Shown piece after piece: positions 19,164-26,573 of a DNA stretch of 34,905 nt (positions within the stretch are counted from its first letter, which is position 1; each line of letters starts with the position of its first letter). Below the pieces are notes generated by a model. That model was not told the DNA's origin. It did no database searches and worked only from the letters and a program-made list of their open reading frames with translations. The stretch lies in contig JALNLM010000001.1 in the NCBI GenBank assembly GCA_023254095.1, forward strand, positions 205,660-240,564, read 5' to 3'. The DNA is from Candidatus Geocrenenecus huangii. GTDB lineage: Archaea; Thermoproteota; Nitrososphaeria_A; Caldarchaeales; Wolframiiraptoraceae. A program made the position numbers and the translations under genes.

Positions 19164-20207
19164 ATGGGTGGAAGCCAGTTATCGATAGAGTTGATGTCCG
19201 CTGCATTCAAGCTTGTGAAAGATGTGCTTAAGGTTGATAGGAACGAGAATGTAGTAATAACGATCGATACCACGGGTGATTGGAGGGTTGCCGAAGCCGT
19301 CGCTGAGGCTACATACATACTCGGCGGAAAACCTCTAGTTTTATGGTATCCTTCTCCACCAGCTGTAGGTAAAGCTGCAGACCCGTATCTCCCTCTACTC
19401 CCTCTAACCGAGTGTGTGAAGAATTCTGATGTATGGATCGAGTTTAACAAGAGCTGGCTACTATACTCGACCGTCTATGAGGAAGCGATGAAGATTAACA
19501 GAACTAGGTACATTTGCTTGGTTGGTATGAACGTCGATATGATGGTTAGAACAATAGGTAGAGTTAACATACCTGTGGTATATGAGTTTCAGAGAAGATT
19601 AGCAGACCTAACAAGCAGGGGGAGGAGAGTAAAGATAACATCACCTGCAGGGATGGATGTAGAGTTCGAGAATGATCCAGCTAGACCAGTACTCGTTGAA
19701 GGCGAAGTCTCAGGTCCGGGAGAATACATGTTATTCGGTCAAGTCGACTGGGCTCCGTACGAGGAATCGATAAGCGGCAGGATCGTATTTGATGGATCCA
19801 TGTGGCCCCCGCATGAATTGGGGTTATTGAAAGAGCCCATCATACTAGATGTGGAAAAAGGTAGAATTGTAAAGGTTTCAGGAGGAGCAGAAGCTAGGAT
19901 ATTCGAAAGATGGATAAAGAACTTTAATGATGAGAAGATGTACTGTATAGCTCATCTATCTTACGGGTGTAATCCTGGTGCAAAACTTACTGGAAACATC
20001 CTTGAAGATGAAAGAGTATGGGGAGTTGTAGAATGGGGCATTGGAAGCCAGTCCTCAACATTTAAGGGCAAGCTAGGGTTAGCGAGTTCTCACACAGATG
20101 GGATCTGCTTAAACCCCACGGTAACCATAGATGGAGAGAAAATAATACAAGATGGAGAATACGTGCATCCATCTTTAAGGGAACTTGCATCTAGAATCAG
20201 ACTCTAA
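19164..20207 (+). CDS. Peptidase M29 (aminopeptidase T)-fold metalloprotein with non-canonical ligands
   Basis: ENVVITIDT, ITSPAGMDVEF, GRIVFDGS, GCNPGA, NILEDER and SHTDGICLNPTVTIDG motifs. Confidence 0.8.
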   Translation: MGGSQLSIELMSAAFKLVKDVLKVDRNENVVITIDTTGDWRVAEAVAEATYILGGKPLVLWYPSPPAVGKAADPYLPLLPLTECVKNSDVWIEFNKSWLLYSTVYEEAMKINRTRYICLVGMNVDMMVRTIGRVNIPVVYEFQRRLADLTSRGRRVKITSPAGMDVEFENDPARPVLVEGEVSGPGEYMLFGQVDWAPYEESISGRIVFDGSMWPPHELGLLKEPIILDVEKGRIVKVSGGAEARIFERWIKNFNDEKMYCIAHLSYGCNPGAKLTGNILEDERVWGVVEWGIGSQSSTFKGKLGLASSHTDGICLNPTVTIDGEKIIQDGEYVHPSLRELASRIRL

Positions 20208-20309
20208 AACTCTTTTATCTCAACGTAACGGTATAGAACCTAAAGTAAATCACATGCAGGTAAAATAATAATCCAGCTGGGGGAAATTCAAGGTAAACTT
20301 AAATGAATC

Positions 20310-20316
20310 TTTAAAA
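20310..20316 (+). promoter_or_regulatory. TATA box of the tRNA gene
   Basis: TTTAAAA, ending 23 nt upstream of the mature tRNA 5' end. Confidence 0.55.
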
Positions 20317-20338
20317 CAGTATGAAGACGGTAGAGTAA

Positions 20339-20435
20339 GCGGCGGTACCCTAGCCAGGTAAGGGGCAGGCCTGGAGAACAGACTAGCCAGCCTGTGGCCC
20401 GCGTGGCCTCGAGGGTTCAAATCCCTCCCGCCGCG
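20339..20435 (+). tRNA. tRNA-Ser(GGA) with 12-nt intron at position 37/38 (20377-20388); CCA not encoded
   Basis: Acceptor stem GCGGCGG/CCGCCGC, discriminator G, anticodon stem CAGGC/GCCTG, spliced loop CT-GGA-GA, long variable arm, T arm GAGGG-TTCAAAT-CCCTC. The 4-bp helix CTGG/CTAG with a CCA bulge forms the splice motif. Confidence 0.93.
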
Positions 20436-20803
20436 TAACATAAAACTTCAAGTTCTTCAACTTAAGTTCCATGAAAATCCTATTGCATTCTTTCTCAATA
20501 TTCTTCATCGTCTAAATCCATATTCCATAACTACTTCCATAGTACATGTTAGCTTTTAGATAGTTTAACGAAAATATAATTAGGTAACTCATAAAAAAAC
20601 ACTGTAGGATTCGCTTGCGAAGATCAATTTAATTATTATTTCTCAACAATACTTGCCGCTGAGAATTATCTTAAGGATCACGTATATGTTTAATGAGTGT
20701 TAAGACCTGTTCTCTAGGTATTCTTCTAGATATTCTCCTTGTTTGTAAATATTTCATCTTGATAGATCAATTTTATGTAGAGTTCTATATTGAGTTCTAC
20801 TTG

Positions 20804-21235
20804 ATGGCTTATCTCCAAGATTTGTATGAAGTTGGGTATGACTTAGATTATCTAATCAAGAAAATGGTGGCTTCTGGTAGAGGGATGATTGAGACTGTAG
20901 TAGTAGTTTCCAGAGATTTATCTGTACTAGCGTTAGAAGTGGGACATAGTGTATCTTTAGATGAACTTACATCTGCAGGTGCAATTATTATAAGTGCTTT
21001 CTCAAATATTCTTAGAGAAGTAAGTCTGTGTAGATCGGAGAAGATTAGAATAGAGTTAAAAGATAAGAGATACCTAATCATACAATCTTACATAGACTAT
21101 TTTCTAATCTGCATGATTGAGCCCAATTCAAGGTTAGGGTTTATAGATCTAGTTCTAGAGTACTATAAACCCTTGTTATACGAAGTTCTCTATCCTTCAC
21201 ATAATGAAATATCAGAAATAGATAGTTTCACATAA
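20804..21235 (+). CDS. Roadblock/LC7 (MglB-like) domain protein, divergent paralog of 31758..32120
   Basis: helix-VVVVSRD-helix-ELKDKRYLII...PNSRLGFIDLVLE. The start is placed at ATG 20804 by comparison with the paralog; the ORF is open from 20693. Confidence 0.75.
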   Translation: MAYLQDLYEVGYDLDYLIKKMVASGRGMIETVVVVSRDLSVLALEVGHSVSLDELTSAGAIIISAFSNILREVSLCRSEKIRIELKDKRYLIIQSYIDYFLICMIEPNSRLGFIDLVLEYYKPLLYEVLYPSHNEISEIDSFT

Positions 21236-21397
21236 ATGATTATTGAGAATAAATAGGTGTTCATGCAAACTTTAGATTAGGATTTATAAAGTCTGTTATA
21301 GATTATTACCTTTATGATGATATTTCTGATAAGATAATAATTATAGACAAGTATAAGAAATATGACGAATCAGGTAGACTCTGGTTATTTTGATTTA

Positions 21398-22687
21398 CTA
21401 GGTGATAGATGTTTCACATAGTAGTAGTGGGTAGACCTGCTCTTCTATCTTAGTTGGGTTTACTCGGCATAGCGTGATTTCACCTATTATAGAGGGTAAT
21501 TCAAATCCAGAAGTGTCAGAATATGATTTACCCGAAATTTCAGTTACCGCTCTAATTAATTCAATTCGGTATGTTATAGAACCACCAAGTTTAGTAATGT
21601 CGTCGCCAGCATCATCTTCTACAGTTATTTGGAGAACGTCAAAATATGTTTCGCCAGGAAGAATTCTACTAATCTTCTTAGTAGGTGTGAATTCTCGTCC
21701 AAGATTAAGCCCAGAGAGACTTACATCTATTCTTATCTCTACATCTCTTAATGGCTCAGACTGGTTTCCAAGAGAGATCGCGTATGGTATATCTACTGTT
21801 TCTAAATCATTTTTCATCACTACTACCGTGTAGTTGGATATTGTTGGTCTCAGTCTAAGAGGTATCTGTTCTGGCTGTGAGACTTCAAGAGATGCGTCTA
21901 GCCTCACGACCATGTCGTCGAGTACTTCTATAGGCTGTGTTCTGTAGAATGACACTAACTGGCCAGTCATGTAATCATATACTGCTATGGATATAGTGTA
22001 GTTTCCAGGTGCTACCATAAACGTTATCAGAGCATCTCTATCTAAGGATGTTTGAGGTATAAGTTCGTGGGTTCCAAAAGCTTGACATGTCTGGGTAATA
22101 TTCTCAGATACACAACCGTATTCTCCAACGATCTCCACTTTAACTTTGTATTTGTAGCCTACAGTCATGTTTTTCACTAAGATAGCGAGTGTGTAAGGAA
22201 GGTTCCTTGGTCCTATGATATTCTTTGATACGAAGCTGTTTCCTCTTAATGTTATGAACTTAACTCGGACAGTATCATCAATACCTGGATTAAATGATAA
22301 TCTTAAATCTTCGGGAGTAATCACTCTTCTCTGACCAGGAATGATAACCCAGTCTCCATTTTCTCCTTCTCTTACTAATAACCCATATCTATAGCTTTCT
22401 ATATATATCGTGGGGATTGATACTGAAAGTATTCCTGGGTTGAATACTACTACACATACATATAGATCAGACGTCCCCCATCCTCCACAGATTGTCGTGT
22501 AAACTTCCAGTCTTTCGTTAAGCCTCTCCAACTCATATTGAAGTCTCCTATTTGCTTCTTGCATAAATAGTGTTTGTAGACTCTGCATATAGAGGAAGAG
22601 TGGGATAATTATTGCAAATACTATTGTTAATGCTATCGCTGTTCCAATTATCGCAGATATAGCCTTCTTATTCCTCTTCATTCTCAT
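21398..22687 (-). CDS. Large type IV pilin-like protein (class III signal peptide) with Ig-like beta domains
   Basis: KRNKKA|ISAII plus 20-aa hydrophobic helix, amphipathic helix ending ERLEV, VFNPG, VKFITLRGNSF (archaeal pilin-like C-terminal motif), and six Cys. Confidence 0.8.
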   Translation of the reverse strand: MRMKRNKKAISAIIGTAIALTIVFAIIIPLFLYMQSLQTLFMQEANRRLQYELERLNERLEVYTTICGGWGTSDLYVCVVVFNPGILSVSIPTIYIESYRYGLLVREGENGDWVIIPGQRRVITPEDLRLSFNPGIDDTVRVKFITLRGNSFVSKNIIGPRNLPYTLAILVKNMTVGYKYKVKVEIVGEYGCVSENITQTCQAFGTHELIPQTSLDRDALITFMVAPGNYTISIAVYDYMTGQLVSFYRTQPIEVLDDMVVRLDASLEVSQPEQIPLRLRPTISNYTVVVMKNDLETVDIPYAISLGNQSEPLRDVEIRIDVSLSGLNLGREFTPTKKISRILPGETYFDVLQITVEDDAGDDITKLGGSITYRIELIRAVTEISGKSYSDTSGFELPSIIGEITLCRVNPTKIEEQVYPLLLCETSIT

Positions 22688-23301
22688 CCACCTGATTCAC
22701 ATACTGTTGAAGTGTGGGTTATAGTTCTAGTTGTCGTAGTAGTTGCTGAAATAGTCGTTACAATGGTTTGCGTACCCGTTACTGGAATGGTTACAACTCT
22801 ATATTCTGTCGTTGTAGCTGTGACTGGTTGATTAACTGTTTGAGTGCTGGTAGAAGTTGTTGTAGTAGTTCCACCTGTTATAGTTGTCGTAGTCCACCGT
22901 GTGGTAAGAGAAGTTGTTGTTCTTGTCGTCCATATAACGCTAGTAGTTCTTACATATCTTACAGTTCTTAATGTTGTAGTAGTTGTCGTCGTAATAATTC
23001 TAGTTGTCGTGGATGTGCCTGTGGTTACTGTGGTAGTTGTTGTTAAGGTTTGAGTTATCGGCGTTGTTACCTCAACGATAGTTGTAACTGTGACCATACT
23101 TGTCACAGTTCCTGAACTTGTAGTAGTAGTAGATGTTACCGTTTCAGTTATAGTCGTAGTGACGGTGGTCGTAGTGGTAGCTGTTTCAGTCCTTCCCGAG
23201 TATGATTGAGGCAGCAGGCTAGTCAACCCGATCAATAAGGTCGACACCAAGATTAACACTATGATGTAACTCTCAAACTTTCCGGATTGTCCGTTAACCA
23301 C
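22684..23301 (-). CDS. Thr-rich membrane-anchored/secreted stalk protein, possible minor pilin
   Basis: GTG start at 23301 preceded by GGAGGTG and overlapping the upstream stop; one N-terminal hydrophobic helix, then about 165 aa of Thr/Val/Ile-rich sequence. Confidence 0.75.
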   Translation of the reverse strand: MVNGQSGKFESYIIVLILVSTLLIGLTSLLPQSYSGRTETATTTTTVTTTITETVTSTTTTSSGTVTSMVTVTTIVEVTTPITQTLTTTTTVTTGTSTTTRIITTTTTTTLRTVRYVRTTSVIWTTRTTTSLTTRWTTTTITGGTTTTTSTSTQTVNQPVTATTTEYRVVTIPVTGTQTIVTTISATTTTTRTITHTSTVCESGG

Positions 23302-25042
23302 TCTTCCACCTCCTCCCGACAACATATATGAATGGAAGGAATACACCTAGTGAAAATAAGCTCTGTTTTATATCTGAGGATTGGATAATGGGTGAGCCTA
23401 ATGGACATGTCTGCATCATAGTGGTTGTCGTTGTGCTAGTTGTAACGGTTTTGGTGGAGTACACCGTTGATGTAGTTGATTTAGTGATTGTAGTTACGGT
23501 CGTATAAGATGTTGCGGTACTGGTTAAAGTTTGTGTAGTAATCGTCGTTGGTCTCGTTGTGGTAACCGTTGTCGTTATCGTTCTGGTTGATGCAGGTATT
23601 GTGATCGTCGAAGTCCTACTAACCGTCGAAACAGTTGTAACTATCGAAGTACTTGTCCTAGTAGTTGTAACAGTAGCGGTGGCAGTATAACTCGTTCTCG
23701 TAACTGTTCGAGTGGTGGTTATAGTTGTAGTTATTGTGGTTCTAGGCACAGTAGTAGTCTGGGTAGCGTAAAACAAAGTAGTACTTGTGACGGTTCTAGT
23801 TGAAGTTGCTGTCTGAGTATTGGTTATAGTCGTTTCTGGAACTGTTGCAGTCGAGAGAGATGTCGAGGTCGTTGTCGCAGTCTTTGTTACTGTCGATGTC
23901 TCCGTTACAGTCACTATTGGAGATACATCAACTACCTGCACCTCAATACTGTAAACATCACTCATCAATGGATTTCTATCAAACTCTAATCCATAGTCTA
24001 GATATAATTCTCGGAAGCCGCCCAGCCGGACTTCACGGTCGATAACTTCGCTCTTCGCTATCAACACACCATTACAATCATTTACCTTGACCTCGATCTT
24101 ATAGTGTCCATCATCGTTATAGTTTATCGTGAGGAATGCTCCAGTTAATCTAAAAGTATAAGGGCTCCAGATTAGCATAATCTTATCGACATAAGCTGTG
24201 ACATCATTCTTAAAGGTCCAGTGATTTTGAATTAGAGTCCAGTTAGGCGTCCTTACATCGAAGTATATTTCTACTGGGTACTCTAGGCTAGAGCTTGATG
24301 ATAACTCTATAAGTTCTTCTCCACTAGATACTGTTGGAACAATTCTCTCTCCTTCAGCAATATCCCCATCTCGATCTTCTAGCACAGTATGTAAAAGAAC
24401 CTCATCTAGGATAGAAGCTCTTGGAAGCTTTATCTTCAATACATTCGAAATAGTTCCTCCTTCTTCAACAGGATCTACATAATCTATCCAAACCCATTTC
24501 TCATTTATGGGAATAGGACATATGTTCCCAGGAGCTATCGTAAGTTCTTCAGCTTTAAATGATGCGACGCGAAAGAGTATTACGTCAGATGTCGGATTAA
24601 TTAACTCTGGATTTGATGGATCATAAAGATCAGCCGGCATATAATGTACCTGTAATACAACTAAGTCGTCACGGCTGCATCCCGGGCAATCAAAAAAGAT
24701 CTTAGATACTTCTCTCACATCTATCCTTTCAATCTCTCTTATTCCGTAAACTTGGAAAGAATCCCAAGCAATTTCTCCATTACGTAAAGTGATTAGTCTA
24801 AATATTACGACTGGTTCTTTACCAGTATTTCTAATATAAGCTTCTCCCCCTGGATAGATAACGTAGTCTGCAGAAATCATCGAGCGGAGCACGAGAGCTT
24901 CAGCATTAAGTTCTTCAAGAGCTTTAACTCTGTATATACTAGCATATGCTGAAAGAATGCTCCACACAAATAACCCTATACCTAACACCATAGCTACAGC
25001 TATCGTTATTACGAGAGTGTTGCTCTGACCAGTTTTCCTCAT
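23294..25042 (-). CDS. Type IV pilin-like adhesin with Thr-rich stalk and C-terminal hydrophobic anchor
   Basis: MRKTG|QSNT plus hydrophobic helix, YIRNTGKEPV pilin motif, about 170-aa Thr-rich tract, C-terminal LFSLGVFLPFIYVVG-RRWK. Confidence 0.8.
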   Translation of the reverse strand: MRKTGQSNTLVITIAVAMVLGIGLFVWSILSAYASIYRVKALEELNAEALVLRSMISADYVIYPGGEAYIRNTGKEPVVIFRLITLRNGEIAWDSFQVYGIREIERIDVREVSKIFFDCPGCSRDDLVVLQVHYMPADLYDPSNPELINPTSDVILFRVASFKAEELTIAPGNICPIPINEKWVWIDYVDPVEEGGTISNVLKIKLPRASILDEVLLHTVLEDRDGDIAEGERIVPTVSSGEELIELSSSSSLEYPVEIYFDVRTPNWTLIQNHWTFKNDVTAYVDKIMLIWSPYTFRLTGAFLTINYNDDGHYKIEVKVNDCNGVLIAKSEVIDREVRLGGFRELYLDYGLEFDRNPLMSDVYSIEVQVVDVSPIVTVTETSTVTKTATTTSTSLSTATVPETTITNTQTATSTRTVTSTTLFYATQTTTVPRTTITTTITTTRTVTRTSYTATATVTTTRTSTSIVTTVSTVSRTSTITIPASTRTITTTVTTTRPTTITTQTLTSTATSYTTVTTITKSTTSTVYSTKTVTTSTTTTTMMQTCPLGSPIIQSSDIKQSLFSLGVFLPFIYVVGRRWKSG

Positions 25043-25057
25043 ACACTCGACCCCCCA

Positions 25058-26242
25058 TTACCTCTTTTCCTCTATCTTTGTCTCGATATAGTATATCTGG
25101 TCTAATCTTACAGAATTTGAAACAGGGATAAACCTTATCTCAAAGTCATTAATTCTCTCAACCTCGACTGTGATGGTTGAATCCTGTAGTACATCTTTAT
25201 AGCAATCTCTCAGGATAACGCGCACATTGTAATTCCCCTTTTCTCCAAGCCCGAGTTCGAGCATAATTCCCTCAAGCGTTCTATCTATCCTAGACCATTG
25301 TAGATATATGCCGCTAACATGTAATTTTAATCTATCTGGTGTTTCATCTGGTAATCCATCTAGAAACCATTCTCTTTGAATTACATCCCAACTTGAACCT
25401 ACTATTATCCTAAGCGGGGTTTGGAGACCGCCGAAAGTTCCAGAAATACGTTCAAGACGTATTGATGGTACATCAAGGCTTGCAGTCCCCGAGCCAGATC
25501 TACCCGTTTCATCTTCCATGACAATAACTGTGAAAGGCATATCCTCAATTTGATTAGATGCGAGTGAAGGTCTAATATAGACGGCCGGTTCTAGTGTACT
25601 GATACGTCCAAAGATAGCTCCTGTAGCTGGATCAACGTAATCGACCATTATCCAGTTACTAGTAGGTAATGGACACTTCAAAACTTCTACAGCACCGATT
25701 GGTTTAATCATCCTGAATTCGACGTAAAGCATATTACTTACAGATAGTAGGGGATTCTCAACATCATATAAGCTTGATGAAATATACCACACTCTGTAAG
25801 TTAGGTTTTCACCCTTGTGACAGGAAGGACATGTTGGCGCATCTAAGATTTTTTTCTCACCATTTATTAGCTTAGTTAGGTTACCGAATCCATAGGGAGT
25901 TTTTGGAAGCGAATCATAAAACCTATCATTTGAAATAAGTAGTTCGATCCTCGTAATAGTAAGGTCTATTGCTTGTTTAGCAATATTTCTAACATGAATC
26001 TTCGCATATTCTTCCCCATTCTCTTCTCCATATTGTACTGATTCAATGAGGAGTATTCCTCTAAGTAGCTGTATGTTTCTATCCGTCTCTTTCGTCAAAT
26101 CATAAGTAGTATTAGCAAATATTCCAGCAGAATATAACATAAGAAAGATCCCTAAAGCTATAACCATGGAAGAAATAACCGCAACCTCAATAACCGTTAA
26201 ACCCTTCTTACTATTACGTAGTGAAACTATGAGCTTACACAT
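25058..26242 (-). CDS. Type IV pilin-like protein (class III signal peptide with Glu at +5)
   Basis: SKKG|LTVIEVAVISSMVIALGIFL, LLIESV and HVRNIAK motifs; paralogous to the N-terminal part of 23294..25042. Confidence 0.82.
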   Translation of the reverse strand: MCKLIVSLRNSKKGLTVIEVAVISSMVIALGIFLMLYSAGIFANTTYDLTKETDRNIQLLRGILLIESVQYGEENGEEYAKIHVRNIAKQAIDLTITRIELLISNDRFYDSLPKTPYGFGNLTKLINGEKKILDAPTCPSCHKGENLTYRVWYISSSLYDVENPLLSVSNMLYVEFRMIKPIGAVEVLKCPLPTSNWIMVDYVDPATGAIFGRISTLEPAVYIRPSLASNQIEDMPFTVIVMEDETGRSGSGTASLDVPSIRLERISGTFGGLQTPLRIIVGSSWDVIQREWFLDGLPDETPDRLKLHVSGIYLQWSRIDRTLEGIMLELGLGEKGNYNVRVILRDCYKDVLQDSTITVEVERINDFEIRFIPVSNSVRLDQIYYIETKIEEKR

Positions 26243-26255
26243 TACCGAAGTCTAA

Positions 26256-26290
26256 AATATATAAAGATTATACATAATATATAAGGGTTT
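26256..26290 (-). promoter_or_regulatory. BRE/TATA promoter of the pilin-like operon (two TATA-like copies)
   Basis: Minus strand reads GAAACCCTTATATATT; TTATATATT occurs twice, 20 bp apart (26256-26264 and 26276-26284). Confidence 0.55.
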
Positions 26291-26573
26291 CATTGATCAC
26301 TTTAAAACTTCTTGGTCAATAATACGTCAGGATTTTTAGAAGTTTCGTGGTTAGTTTGTTTTTAGACATTTAAAGACATCAACTTGGACGACATGATTGG
26401 CATAACATTCCTCTAAACTATAAGTTTCTCCAAGATGCTTAGAAGCTTTGAAAGGGAACTAGCCGATGGGGTAGCTTATCGACTATAAGTATTTGGTTTT
26501 GAGAATTGCCCCATATAATTAGAGTAATTATACTGCTAAAAGATGTAGTCAGGTTTTATTATCATCTACTTTA

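Noticed and set aside
995-19450. Many antisense or overlapping ORFs in the track (e.g. 2445..2681, 3061..3486, 4750..5175, 13330..13731, 19136..19450)
   Set aside because: They are shadows of well-supported genes on the other strand or frame, with no recognisable motifs.
20371-20390. Alternative reading as tRNA-Leu(TAG) using the CTAG in the insert
   Set aside because: CTAG forms the splice helix, the canonical 37/38 splice gives CT-GGA-GA, and the discriminator is G as in tRNA-Ser.
20250-20441. 63-aa minus-strand ORF
   Set aside because: It is the antisense reading of the tRNA-Ser gene.
20693-20803. 37-aa hydrophobic N-terminal extension of the Roadblock ORF
   Set aside because: It is AT-rich, has no counterpart in the paralog, and is probably upstream non-coding sequence; a real extension is not fully excluded.
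21314-21330. C-box ATGATGA followed by CTGA (C/D sRNA?)
   Set aside because: Only 5 nt separate the boxes, with no plausible guide or C'/D' arrangement.
22700-23900. GTA/GTT/GTC-rich repetitive DNA as a CRISPR array or VNTR, and Val-rich plus-strand ORFs
   Set aside because: It is explained by Thr codons on the minus strand with mixed synonymous usage; there is no fixed repeat-spacer unit.
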